The notes beneath the pieces are model-generated. The model searched no databases. It was given only the letters and a program-made list of their open reading frames with translations, and had not been told where the DNA came from. DNA of 64,000 nt, taken from the NCBI GenBank assembly GCA_965240325.2, contig OZ251245.1, positions 930,001 through 994,000 on the forward strand. The letters are read 5' to 3'. The DNA is from Rebecca billardiae RCC1528. Taxonomy: Eukaryota; Protista; Haptophyta. Positions 11,816-24,438 of this stretch are shown in pieces (the stretch's first letter is position 1; every line of letters starts with the position of its first letter). The position numbers and the translations under genes were made by a program.

Positions 11816-12870
11816 CTGCGCTTGCGCATGAGCTTCCGCAGCTGCTGGACGCGCTTCTCCTCGTCGGGCTGCAGTACGTTGGGTATAATGGGACTTCCAA
11901 CTCGTCGACGACGCACACCCTGAGCAAACAAATGGGACCACAGTGTGTGCCTCAACGAGGATCAACGAGCCGGCCGCTCCCATTGCGGACACGCGCCGCT
12001 CGTCTGATCGACAATCCCATTATACATATCATCGACCACCAGCAGCAGCTCCTACTGCTTGATGAGGTGCTCGGTAACACGCAGGCGCAGCCTCATCATC
12101 AATCATCATCGGCTGGGCCCTGGCGTCGAGCTGCGTGTACACGTGGTGTTATTGGTACAATAACTGAGTGTGTACGAGCTGCATGACGGATGGGCTCGCT
12201 GTGAGGCCTCTGCACTCCACTTACCTGTTTCGTCGCAGCCGCCCTCGCAGAATTTCAGGGCTCTTCTGCGGGTACGCCGCGGGTGCACGAGCAAAGTGCC
12301 CTGCCAGAGCGGCGGACGAACCAGCCATGCTGCTGCCCCCGGGCATTCGGCAAGTCATCGGCGCGAGCACCGCCTCGCTTCTCGATGAGCAGCGAGCTGG
12401 GAATCGGCAGCGCACAACCTGAGCGCGCCAGATACCTCTCGCCTCGTCCTTCGACCACAGGATGCCCACCATCAACTCGTCTCAGCAAGTCGTCCCTCGG
12501 CTGAGCACGTGCACCACGCAGCAGCGCAGCAGCAAACGACCAGCAGCTGCTTTGTTTGGCCCGCCCATCCCGCCCCTGTCTGGTCCGCAGTGCCGCGCCG
12601 GTGGCCTGCTCCCTGGATTCATCGAAAGACGACAGCGAATTTGTCCGCCTGTCCGGACAGTCGGTGGGACCACAGTGTGTGCCTCAACGAGGATCAACGA
12701 GCCGGCCGCTCCCATTGCGGACACGCGCCGCTCGTCTGATCGACAATCCCATTATACATATCATCGACCACCAGCAGCAGCTCCTACTGCTTGATGAGGT
12801 GCTCGGTAACACGCAGGCGCAGCCTCATCATCAATCATCATCGGCTGGGCCCTGGCGTCGAGCTGCGTGT

Positions 12871-12874
<4 letters not shown>

Positions 12875-12956
<82 letters not shown>
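12875..12956. repeat. (AT)n microsatellite
   Basis: Direct reading. Confidence 0.98.
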
Positions 12957-12958
<2 letters not shown>

Positions 12959-12981
12959 TCGATATCAGAATAGCAGGATCG

Positions 12982-15900
12982 TCATCGCTGCTGCTGGTAG
13001 TGGTAATGAGCATGATGCTGCAGCAGCGGCGCCTGCTGCCCGCCGCCGCCGCCGAGCGAGAGGCGCGGCAGCAGCAGCTCGCCACTTGGCCGCGTCCTGC
13101 GCGCCTCCTCGAGCCCTTCGCCCGCTCGGACCGCGTCTGCCAGCTCGTACGCCAGCTGCGACGTCGACACCGTGGCCCGCGAGGCGCGCCGACTGCCGCC
13201 GCCGCCGCCGCGCGCGAGCGCACCCGCGGCAAACGCCCACGAGCCCTCGTCCTCGTCCGATGCGGCGGCGGCGCCGAGCGCAGCCTCGCGCTGCTGCGGC
13301 GGCGGCGGCGCGGCGCTCGCGCGCAGCGCACGGCTCGGCGCGTGCGGAGGCGGCCCGCCGCCGCCACCGCCACCACCGCCGCCAAAGGCTTGCTGGTAGC
13401 TGCCGCCGCCATGCCTGCTGCCGCCACCACTGGCACCTGCGCGCGCGGCGCCGACCGCGGCCGCGCGCGCGGGTGCGTGCCGCGCGCGCGCCGCCGGGCT
13501 TGGGCTCCGGCCGTGCGGCGGCGGCGGCGGCGGCGGCGGCGGCCGCGCGGCGGGCGGCGGCGGCGGCGGCGGCGAGCGTAGCCGCGGCGGCGGCGGCGCG
13601 AACGTGCACGCGACGGCGCCGTCGGCCGCAGCGCTCGGCGCGGCTGCGCCGCGCCCGCCGCCCGCGCCGCCCGCGCCGCCCGCCGCCGTTGCCTCGCGCG
13701 CGGCGAGCTGCGCGGCGCGCGCGGTCGCGTCCCCAAGCTGCGCCTGCAACTGCGTGACCTGCGCTTCGAGCGCTTGGCGTTGGCGCGCCTCCGCCTCCAG
13801 CGCGCTGCTCAGGGGCGCGGCCGCCGCGGCCGCGCCACCCACCGCCGGGGCGGGCGCGAGCGCTGCGCTGCGCTCGCGCTCGGCGCGTGCGCGCGCCACG
13901 TCGGCGTCATCCGCGCGCCGGCGCGCGGCCGTCAGCTCGGCCTGCGTGCGGAGCAGCTGCTCGCGCGCGCCCTCGGCGGCGGCGAGCGCGGCGCGCTGCT
14001 CGGCCGCCGCGTGCGCGGCCGCGGCGCGCGACTCGCGCACCTCGGCGTCGCGCGCGCCCACGGCGTGCCGCGCGTGCGCTCTCTCGCCATCTTGCGAGCG
14101 CGCCACCGCCTCCACCATCGCTTCGGCTTCGGAGAGCTGCGCTGTGCGCTCGACGAGCGCGGCGTTCGCGACGGCGAGGCGGCGGCGCTCGCCCTCGAGC
14201 GCGCCGCCGAGCTGCGCTGCCCGCGCCTGCGCCTCCACCTTCGCCTGCCCCTCCGAGTGCGCCTTTGGGGTTTCCCCGAGTTATTCGATGAGTGATCAAA
14301 TATTGTTTTTGCCGCGGCGGGGCGCGGTGGCGGCGGATTGGCCGCGGTGGTGGCGGGGGGCGGCGCAGGGGAGGGCAGTCAGGCGGCGGCGGCGGCGGCG
14401 GCAGCAGAGGCGGATGCGCACGCGCGCGCGCGAGGCGTGCGGCACGGCCCCAGCGCGCGGGCGCGCGGCACGGCGCCGCGCGGCACTCGCCGCCGCAGCA
14501 CGCGCTTAGCACACGCTGACGCGGCCGCGGCAGGGGCGACGGTGGTGGGCGCGCGCGCGCGGCGCGGCGCGCGCGCGCTGGGCGGGCCGCGCGCGCGCAC
14601 CCGCGCCTCGGCGTCCCTGCGCGCGTCTCGCTCCTGCTCGAGCGCCGCGCGCGCCTCGTCGAGCGCCGCGACCCGCGCGTCCGCCCGCTCGCGCGCCGCC
14701 GCCACCTCCGCCTCCGCCGCCGCGCGCGCCCGCTCCTCCGCGTCCGCGCGCGCCTGCGCCGCCGCCAGCCGCCGCTCCGCCTCCGCGCGAGCGCCGTCCG
14801 CCTCGGCGAGCGCGGCGGCGTGCGCGGCGTGCGCGTCTCGCATCTCGTCGTGCAGCGCGGCCTGCGCGTCCTCCGAGCGCGCGATCGCCGTCTGGGCCGC
14901 GAGGCGCGCGCACAGCCACCGCCACCGGGGCACGCACACAGGAGGCAAGGCGCGCGGGCGCGGGCGCGGGCGCGCGTGAGCGCGCAGCGCGCGGCGCGCG
15001 CGGCGGCGGCGCGGCTCCCGGCGGCGGCGCGCGCGCGCGCGCGCGCGCGCGCGTACCTCCAGCTCCGCGCGCGCCGCGCCCTCCGCCTTGAGCTCGCGCT
15101 CCGCCGACCAGCGCGCCGCCTCCGCGCCGCGTGCCGCCTCCGCCGAGCGCGCGGCCGCGGCCTCTGCGTTGGCGCGCGCGCTGTCTGCTGCTGCGGCGGT
15201 GCGGCGCGCGTCGGCGAGCGAGCCCTCGAGGCCGACGCGCGCGTCCGCCGCGGCGCTCAGCTGCTCCTCCGCCTCGCGCAGCCGCCGCGTCAGCGACTTC
15301 ACCTCCGCCCGCAGCCGCGACACCTGCAGTTCCGCCGCGCTCGCGGCCGCGTCGCGAACCGCCGCGCGCGACGCCAGTGCGGACACCGCGCGCGCGGCGA
15401 GGCCGGGCGCGGCGAGGCCGGCGGCGTCGGCCTGCGCGGCGACGCCGTCGAGCTCGGCGGCGGACGGCTTGGGCGCGCTCAGCGCGCGCCACACGTCCGC
15501 CGTCGCGCCCGCCCGCCGCGCCGCGCGCTGCGCGCGCTCGGCCGCCTGCCCGGCCAGCTGCGACAAGTCAGCATGCAGTATCGATTCATAGTACTCGCCC
15601 GGGAAGTGCTCGGGGACGAGGGCGGCCTTGAGGGCGGCGAGCTCGTCGGAGAGCGCGGCGAGCGCCGCGTCGGGCGCCTCGGCCGCGAGCATCGCGCCCG
15701 AGCCGAACGCGAGCGCCGCCTGCGCGCGCGCGCCGAGGGCGCGGTGGGCTCCGCTCACGAGTCTGACGAGTGCCTCCGAGCGCGCGTCGCGCAGCACGGC
15801 CTGCGCGACGCGGGCCCACTCGCGCCGCGCCTCGTCCTCGGAGGCAGACTCGGTGGTCGTCGCGGCGAACGAGAGCGAGCGCAGCATCGACGCCACCTTC

Positions 15901-16127
15901 TCCACCGTCCCAGGGCTGAGCGGCCGCTGCGCGTCGGCGGCCGCCATGCCCGCGCCGCGCGGCAAGTTGTCGCCGGGTCGGACGTCAAAAAAAGCGCCGG
16001 GCGGCACGAGAGCGGGGGGCGCGGGGGGGGCGGGGTCGATCGACAGGCTCGGCAGCTCGAGCGAGGCGTACTCCGGCGGTAGCGCCTCGAACGTCGAGCG
16101 GCCGAGCAGCGGCTCGTCGACCAGCAT
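12982..16127 (-). CDS. multi-exon Ala/Glu/Arg-rich coiled-coil protein (predicted exons 16127-15057, 14891-14601, 14244-12982; further introns possible)
   Basis: ORFs 14379-16127 and 12982-14238 join in frame through GT..AG introns of low-complexity GC sequence; heptad-like composition; Pro-rich C-terminal region. Confidence 0.7.
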
Positions 16128-16631
16128 GGGGGCGAACGGTTACGACGTCCTTCCCTCACGCCCCCACTACTGTCACGCCTTATTATTAACCAAGTGTGCA
16201 CGTTAACCCCCACCGGACTTGATGCCCGATGTAGCACACATGTCTGACATGACCCCCTCTGCCTCCATAGCTGCACGAGTGAAATACAGGCGCCTCGCTG
16301 CCAGGGCCAGTGGCCCAGACCCCTGCCCAGCTACTGGGCTCGATGACAGTCCCCTCAGCTCCCTTCCCCGCGCAGGGATCGGCTAGTGGCTGGCCCTCTG
16401 CCCACACTGGGGCACCCTAGGGGGTGCCCCTGCTGCCGACTCGGCTCAAACTCGATGATCTTGAATTGCAAGGCCGTACACTGCTTGTACCTGGGACCAC
16501 CCCACAGTGTTGGGCTCGTATGCTGTTGGCAATGGCATACCCCCGCCCCCTCTGGAGGCGGGCTGTCCACAGTGGAGTGGTGTCAAGACACTAGGTGTCT
16601 CGGTCAGTGGTTTGAGGTTGGGTGAGGGTGG

Positions 16632-18606
16632 TAGGTGGGTCCCTGGCCATTTTCCAGCGGTCTTTTAAACATTTACCGGGTTTTATGGCCGGAGTTGTGT
16701 GACCTTGAATTCGGATTTCTTTTCGCGCGGGGCGCGGCTCGGGAAAATCGCCGGGCCGCCGGCCGGGGTCCCGATCTGAACGCTCCCGACGATGTCGGAG
16801 CGCCTCTCCAGCGCGACCGAGCCGCCGTGTGTCGGGTAGACTACTGCCAACACCTATCGCGCGCTCCAGCGCTTTGCGCGTGCTCACGAATGGGATCCGT
16901 GGTCACACATCCCCCGCCTGGCACGGGCCGGCATGTTTGACTCTCGCCCGGCTAGACGCGTACAGACAACTTGAATCGATCGGCAGGTGTTCGACCCGTG
17001 CCTTCGAGCAGGGTCACTTTTCGCTACAAGCGGGTCAGGCGACGGGAGGCATGGGTCACCATCAGGCATGTGCATACTCTTGACGCTCCCGCCATCTTGA
17101 GCAGCTCTACGCACCGTGAAGGTGACAATTGGGCTGCGCGCAAGCTGCTCGTGAGAACGCACGACAGCCAGCCCCGGGCTCTCGGGGAGCCATGTGAGCG
17201 ATTGGCGACTTCCGAGAGGGCGTGTTTGGTGGGGGTTGGTACCAATAATCGACCAGCAGGCCTAGGATGGGTGCACTGAGGACTTGGGATGCTAAGAAGC
17301 CGCCGCGATGTGCATCGAGCACGCTGACTTGCCATCCGTGTGCACGATCAAGCGCCAGGAAGATCAGCAGGGCCTTTGACAGCGGCAGCAGGCGCTCAGC
17401 GATCCTTCCCTATGCCGAGTGTGGGCATAATATGCGGTGCTCGAGCGTGGTCGCAGGATATGGGTCCATTCTTGACAGAACTCGGTCGCGTTGACAGGCG
17501 CGGGTGCCACCCCACGCTGTTGCTCCTGCCATCGGGTGGTCCCACTCGTTCCGCTTGTTATCTGCGAAGACTCGTACTCAGCAAATCTACGGCTAGGCGT
17601 GGTAGACCCCTCAGACGCATGTCTGATGATTGCCCGGCACGTTCTCGTCGTCACGTTGGGAGTACTTGAGCGAGCGGAAGCCGCAACGTGATGGCTAGGC
17701 CAGCAGCTCAACCATCTGACGTCTCGCCGGCCAACTGGCTGAGTGCTCTCAGCCTAGCAGCAGCGTCGGTGAACCTATCGTATTGCTGCCTGGCAAGAAG
17801 ATTGTAGGAGGTATCGTCCACGGCATGGGCTGCAGCTGCGGTAGTCGTGGACTGGTGGCGGCCTCACGCGGGTGGGCATACGACGACCGGTGACACGCTG
17901 AGTACGAGCACGGAAGCCGCCGAGCGCGGCAAGCTCCGGCGGTGGCGTTGGCTGATAGTCCAGCCTCGACGGCGGAGGGCTCCCGTGTGACGACGGTGGC
18001 ATGCTCGGTGGCGGGCGATGATGCGTGCCTCGGCACGCAGCCCGCCACAAACACTGCCACTCGCAGGCAGTCCCGTTGCGGCCCGGTTTGCCTGTGTCCG
18101 CGTCGCTCGGCGCCTATTCGATGACCCAACAAACGTACCCACATATCGGAACGAATTTGAATATATAGTGAGCCACATCCATGGTCAATATAAAGTGGGT
18201 AACCGTCGTTATATATACGGGTAATTGGCTATATACAAAGTGGGTAATCTGCTCGATCTTGCTGTAGTTTGTTGGAGGTATCCGCGCACAGCATAGAGCC
18301 CCACTCTTTGCTTCATAAAATGGTTCGGTCGGGTGTCAACGGTTGCCAATAAGTCATTCCGATCGCATGTCGCCATCTAGCCACCATAACCATCAAGTAA
18401 CGCTTCGCAAAATCTCTATGTGACACTAGCGGCGCGGCGCGCGCGCGCTCGGCCGCGCGACGGCACGCGGAGTAGGATTTGAGGTCGAAACTTTTGCTCC
18501 GCCCCGATGGGACGCATTTATAGCGTCGATTCTGGGTGAGAGACGAAATCTAGGACGCCATTCTGAGTGCGCCAGAATATCGCCCCAGTTGGGAGGGACC
18601 CACCTA
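16632..18606. mobile_element. degenerate TIR element with 7-bp TSD, same family as 2329-6453, opposite orientation
   Basis: TIR TAGGTGGGTCCCT / AGGGACCCACCTA; TSD AGGGTGG at 16625-16631 and 18607-18613; 17840-18050 is homologous to the reverse complement of 4660-4900. Confidence 0.85.
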
Positions 18607-18857
18607 AGGGTGGTGGTTGGTTGGGGGCTGGCCAGGGTAGGGCTGGAGGCTTCGGCCGCCAGCCTGATCACCCGGAGCCCGTTATAAAGGGGAATTTAAA
18701 AAAAAAAGCACGGCCGGCCCCACCTGACCGGCACGACTGACAGACACAGTCTCACAGTGTATTACACTGAACCGCGCGCGCACGCGAGTACTACAGCTAG
18801 TACAGTACTGACACTGACAGTTCATCGCACGCCCTCCGTGTGCGCTCGTCGCGCTCT

Positions 18858-20131
18858 TTACAAGGCGATGACAACAACAAATACCATGATGACGCCGCAC
18901 GGAGTGCTGACGGTGATGGGCGTCGCGTGCGCACAGGGCCGGCGGCCGGCGGCCACCACCGCGTGGCCGCGCTCGTACGCGCGCATGGCGGCGCATGCGC
19001 TGCTGCCCTGCCGCAGATCAGTGGCAAGCTGCTCGCACGCGGGGCAAAAGCGCGCGCCGGCGAGGGTGTGCTCGATCATGATGGGCGGAAGCACGATCGC
19101 GGGCTGCGTGTACACCAGCGTGGGAAGGCGCTCCGCGAGCCAGTGGTTGCTCTGCTCGTGCGCGTTGGTTGCGTCCTCGAGTGGCACGCCGCCCACGTGC
19201 ATGGCCGAGCCGCGCGCGCATATGCGGGGCGCGCGGCTGTCAAAGTCGTCGCCGACGTAGAAGCCCGCCAGCACGTTCTTCGTCAGCAGCGTGACCAGGT
19301 GCGGGTCGTTGCGCTCGTGGTCGAGCCGTGCGCGCTGCACGACGCCTCGCACGACGTCCGCGCGCGCGAGCCCCGTCCGGTGCAGCCGGTCCGAATCGTC
19401 AAACTCGCGCGTGCCGGGCCAGCCGCGGAAGTACTCGCGCTCGACGCCCGTGTCGACGTGCACGGCGCTGAGCGTGCGCTCGCCCTCGGCGACCTGCCTC
19501 GCAGCCACGTGCTCCTGCAGCTCGCACCACAGCCCCCGCCTCGCGCTCGCCAGCTCGGCATCGACCGCGCGCCGAGCCAGCCAGAACAACTTGGCGTGCG
19601 CGAGGAGCACCTCGGCGCGCTGCTCGAGGCGCGCGTCGAGGCGCGTGCGCGAGTCCTCGGCGTACATCGGCCCCGCGTCGCGGACGTTGAGCGAATTTGT
19701 CGCGCTGTCCAGCTCCACGACGGCCGTGACGTAGCTGATGCGGTTCGGCCGCAGGTGCGAGCCCTCGAACGTGAGGTTGCGGCGATCGGCGAGCGTGTCG
19801 GTGTGCAGGTTGATGCACACGTTGTCGACGGTCTCGGCGCACCACGCGAGATCCGACGCCTCGGCGTAGACATTGGCGTGGAGGTACGTCACCTTGCGCG
19901 GCCCGTGCCGCGCGAACTCCGTCGGCTTGCCCCTGAGCCAGGCGTGCACGTGCCCGAGGAGCTGCCGGTTGTGGCGCACGCCGGGCAGCCGGTCGTCCTT
20001 GAGCGCGCGCGCGACCGCCCCATCTCGCAGATGAGCGGGTCGCGGAACGAGTCGAAGTACGCGTCGGGCACCCCGCCGCTGCCACTGAGGCAACGCGCGC
20101 GTGCTGTGGGCGTGTATCCCGTTGGGGCCAT
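18858..20131 (-). CDS. hypothetical protein with an apparent single frameshift near 20020 (pseudogene or sequencing error)
   Basis: Strong GC3 coding pattern; MAPTGYTP...DPLICEMG (ATG at 20131) joins AVARALKDDRLPGVRHNRQ... in the adjacent frame; no family recognised. Confidence 0.6.
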
Positions 20132-20768
20132 CTGTTGCGGCGTGAGCCCTTGGCGAGAGTGCCTGCGCGGGTGTTCGTCAGGCCAACAAGTAAATGGGGC
20201 TCCGCCAGTTCGGGCTCGCACCCCGCCGGTTCGGGCTGCCTTGATGGCTCTGAGATGGCAGCTGACCCTGCACTGATGATGGTTTGAGTATGCTTTCATG
20301 AGTTGATGACATACACCCTATGGATACGCTACTATATATCCATCACATGAAACTCACAAGGCCAATTATGCTCACACTAGTACTAGTAGTAGTGTACTCA
20401 ACTCATAACACCTCAATTCATCATCAGACGAAGTCGTGATGAAGTTTCAGCAGGCACGTTCCTTCCGGCCAAATTATTTCCATGCTAGGATCGCGAGTCG
20501 AAGCCGCCTCGAAGGAACTCACAACTTGAAGAAGTTGTCGTTCATTATTGTGCGCCCTCCGACTCCAGTGGCGTACTGGCGTCCGGCGCCGGAACTTCAC
20601 CTCCGATTTTTTGGAGCGCAGCCGGCGCGCGGGGCCGCCGCCCTGGCTGATTGAGACCAATTCTATGATTTAAAGACACAGGCACGAGGGCGCAGCTCTC
20701 CTGATTCGTCTGTCGAAGTACTGATTGGAGACAGAGGGTGTTGAGCGCGTTGGCCGCGGGTGAGGACC

Positions 20769-21505
20769 TAGTCGTCGCCGATGCTCGGATCACACGGAGG
20801 CAGTAGGTGCCCAGGGATGCCGCTGAAGTATTTGCAGTCGTCGCCGGCCTTGGTCATCATGTACTTGTACGCGTCGACGTTCCGAGGCCGTGTTCGAGTT
20901 GCGGATGCCGTGGTGCAGATCGTGGATGGGGTCGCCCTGGCCGGTGTGCGCGGCCTTGGTCTTGCCGAGTTGCGGAAGTAGTCGCCCTTGCCGTTGAGGA
21001 AGTCGTCGCCCTGGCCGTTGAGGAAGTCGTCGCCCTGGCCGTTGAGGAAGTCGTCGCCCTGGCCGCTGAGGATGCCTGCGCTGCCCCACCGGGCACGTCT
21101 GGCGCGCCAGCGCCGCGCGCGGCTCTACGCCAGCGACGGCGGCACGGCGGCAGCCGGATCACGGGGGGCAGCTGCAGCGGCGCAGGGGCCTGTCGTGTTC
21201 GGCACGCGCAGGCTGTTGGCCAGGCGGTCGCAGGTGTCCATGTGCTCGAGCGCCGAGCCAATGGCGGGGAAGACATACTTGCTTTTGAGGTCCCGGGTGA
21301 GTCCTTCCAGCTGCCGCCCGCCGTACGAGTTGGTTGCCACGTTGGCCAGGACGCGCGCGGGCAGCTTGACCATCGCCGTGGCCGCCTGCTGCTTGGCGGT
21401 GGGGTCAGGCGGCGGGCTCAACTTCCGCCGGAGCTCGTGGTCGTCGCAGGTGGGGTAGGCCGGCCAGCCAGTCTTGCTGTAGAAGTTGCCGAGTGTGCCG
21501 TACAT
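20769..21505 (-). pseudogene. fragmented ORF, possible DDE transposase remnant (DPIHDLHHGIRN), with a 24-bp repeat x4 at ~20977-21071
   Basis: Frameshifted reading frames; the homologue at 31381-32166 reads GDPIHYLHHCIRNSNTALRNVDAY in one frame; resembles the DxxH..RN motif of P/THAP9-like transposases. Confidence 0.35.
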
Positions 21506-22087
21506 GAATTCCAAACCCCGGTCCGGACTCCGGAGTGGCCCCACCAGGCCCCCGGACAGCGGCGGTCCGGCGTGCGTTGCTGGGGGAGGTTTTCGTCGCG
21601 CGAAACGGGCAGGATGGGGAAGGGGGTGGGGGGCACGTGCGCTCGCGGCCGCCGCGAGAGGGCCGGGGCGGGTGCAGTCTGGGGCGTCGTTCGGCCGCCT
21701 GTAGTGGGTGTAGAGGGCTGGGCAGTGCTCAGGTGAGGAGGGCGGCCCACCGGCACCTACGGATCGCCGTCGTCGCCACGGTGGAAGTCAATCCCGGGTC
21801 CGAGCTTGGCAAGCAGGCGGCGGGGAGGTTAAGGCGTTCGTGTGCGAGTGCGGATGGGTCAATGCGTTGCGTGTGCGATACGCGGCGTGCTGGATGCGTT
21901 CAGTGTGGATGGTGCCCGAGGGCACCGGCGTGAGGAGTTGTTGCGGGCGCGCCTCGCGGACGCGAGGCGCTGGAAGACCCAGCCGTTTCATCTCCGCGAC
22001 GTCGATTTTCTGGCGACGCCGCCGCGGAGCCGCGCCAGCGCGGAGCTCGCCAGAAAAGGCGGGGTCTCAACCCGCCAGGCCGCCGCC

Positions 22088-23000
22088 GCTGTGGCGGGCC
22101 GCTCGGGGTGTGCACGGCGTGGGCTCGTGCGGCCGCTGCCGCGCACGCCGAGCGATCCGGCGCGGGCTCGCCGCTCGCGGCTTGTCGATGGCCTCGCACG
22201 CCGCAGCGCGACGCGCGCCTTGCCTAGCTTCGCCTGTCTCGCGCCTTGGCCCTTGGCCGCCGTGCACGCGTGCACCGCCAAACCGCAAGCTCGGCATACC
22301 TCTCAGCCGAGCGTGCACGTGCCTTGCGCGACGCGACGCGGGCATTGCCGCCGAGCGATGTAGCCGTAGTGCGAGCCGCGCCGCGAAGCCTCGGCGCGGA
22401 TCCGGAGAGTGTCTTCAACGTCTCGGTCAGCTGTCGACAACAGCTGACGGCACCAACCACCAATGGACATCACGGTCCTCTGTTGAACGACTCTCAGGGC
22501 TATCGCGACGCTGCAACTCGTGAACACTAGTCGAGCGTTGTTGCCAAGAAGACGCACGCCACTATGTCATGCGTGCGGGCCTTGCGTGACGATGCGACAT
22601 GACGATCGCCCCGGCAAGAGAGTCAGTCGTCAAGCTTTCAGCACTGCTCAACGACACAGACGGTCCGCGCGCGTACGCGGCATCGTTTCATTGCTCTCGA
22701 TCCGCGCCGAGGCTTCACGGCGCGCGCTCGCACTACGGCTACATCGCCTGGCGGCAATGCCCGCGTCGCGTCGCGCAAGGCACGTGCACGCTCGGCTGAG
22801 AGGTATGCCTAGCTTGCGGTTTGGCGGCGCACACGTGCACGGCGGCCAAGGCGCGAGACAGGCGAAGCTAGGCAAGGCGCACGTCGCGCTGCGGCGCGCG
22901 AGGCCATCGACAAGCCGCGAGCCCGCGCCGGATCGTTCGGTGTGCGCGGCAGCGGCCACACGAGCCCACGCCGTGCACGCCCCGAGCGGCCCGCCACAGC
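22088..23000. repeat. long imperfect inverted repeat, arms ~22088-22409 and ~22694-23000
   Basis: Arms align as reverse complements (e.g. GGCATACCTCTCAGCCGAGCGTGCACGTGCCTTGCGCGACGCGACGCGGGCATTGCCGCC). Confidence 0.9.
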
Positions 23001-24298
23001 CCACCGCGGCCCCGCGGCCCGCGCGCCGGCTGCGCTCCAAAAAATCGGAGGTGAAGTTCCGGCGCCGGACGCCACTAGAGTCGGCGACCCTGACCACCCT
23101 TGGCCCTGGTCCCTCTCCTGTCGGTCGGTGCCCAGATCCGTCCATTACTGTACGCCTTCCCCAACCACACAGTTGGGCTCCACACTTTCCATACTACTAC
23201 ATCCTGTCGGCGCGCTGTTGCATCGGCTCCCAGTCGGCGTGTTCCGACGACGACGTTTTGTGGACGACGGTGGGGCGAGGACGACGGGCGCTGGCGCGCC
23301 GCGAGGCGGCCGCAGCCCTCATCCAGGCCTCGCAGGCGGACGGCTGAACGAATCTTCCGACGCGGCGCTACCATACGGCCATCGGCGACGGCTTCATGGG
23401 CGGTGACACTGACAGTTGGCGGGCGTCGATCTCGCCTGCCTGAGCAGTGTGCGTCTCTTATTCTTAGTAAACTGTACTACTCGCCGACCGACTCATGCAG
23501 ATGAAGGGCGACGCCGGCAAGGGCAAGGGCAAGGACAAGAACGCCGAGGGCACCAAACAAAGGTAATATTATGTAGTTGAGCTGACGCGGCCTGGGGCGC
23601 GCATCTCAGCAGATGGCGTCGTCGCCGGGGGGCCAGGGCCGGTGCCGCAGCAGGCGGAACGGTGGCGCGGCAGCTACGAGGTAGCAGTGCGCGGACGCGC
23701 GGCTGCTGCGAGGCAGCAGTGCGCGGACAGCGCGCGCGCGCGCGGCGCGCGCGCAGCGGCTGGAGCAAGTCGGGGGCGAGCACGCGTGAGACGCGGGGCG
23801 ACGCACCGACACCGAGCGCACGCATTCATTGCGGAACGGCGCGCGTGCGGGCGGCACGGCCCGGCGCGGCGCGGTCAGCGTGACGCGAGGCGTCGTCACT
23901 GCTGGTACGCTGCTTTGGTCCGATGGACGACACCGGGTGCGCAGGCACCGGACATTGGGCAAGCAGGTACAAATAACTTGAGCGACGAACGGGCGGACGG
24001 TGCGGACGCTGATTGGATGATCAGCGGCCGCCGATCTGGGTAAGTCTGCGCTGGGGTGATACTACCGCCCCGAATACGAAGAACGATCGGCGAGATCGGC
24101 GAGCGGCTCGATCAGCGGCTTCAGGCCAAGCAAGACGCGGGCCGGGTCACAGCATCACCTAAGAGCGAAGTTGCATCGGAGGCAATGTGATTGTGAGCCC
24201 GTGGAGGCGACGTCCGTCCTGTCGCGCGCGGTGAGCTTTTAGCAGGGCTCGGTAGCGCTCGGAGCTCGCGGTAATCCCAAGCTAGATATTATATATAT

Positions 24299-24438
<140 letters not shown>

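Larger units (their letters stand above)
8126..12874 (+). mobile_element. non-autonomous element with split direct repeats (A1-body-B1-A2-spacer-B2), Ngaro/PAT-type tyrosine-recombinase retrotransposon architecture
   Basis: A1 8128-8544 matches A2 12143-12559 (417 bp, one mismatch seen); B1 11933-12142 matches B2 12665-12874 (210 bp); B1 abuts A2; (TA)n on both outer sides. Confidence 0.75.
20559..23084. mobile_element. ~2.5-kb element bounded by a 57-bp perfect inverted repeat (20577-20633 / 23018-23074), carrying a degenerate ORF and an internal foldback
   Basis: TGGCGTCCGGCGCCGGAACTTCACCTCCGATTTTTTGGAGCGCAGCCGGCGCGCGGG and its reverse complement; no TSD identified. Confidence 0.65.

Noticed and set aside
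16940-17560. DIRS-type RT or YR motifs (LDAYRQL, SHSFR)
   Set aside because: Isolated short matches in broken frames inside a TIR element, with no supporting RT or YR motifs.
16202-18700. piggyBac-like outer element (TTAA-CCC start)
   Set aside because: No matching GGG-TTAA right end was found.
23495-24190. Possible small spliced gene starting MQMKGDAGKGKGKDKN
   Set aside because: No consistent exon chain or recognisable domain could be built.
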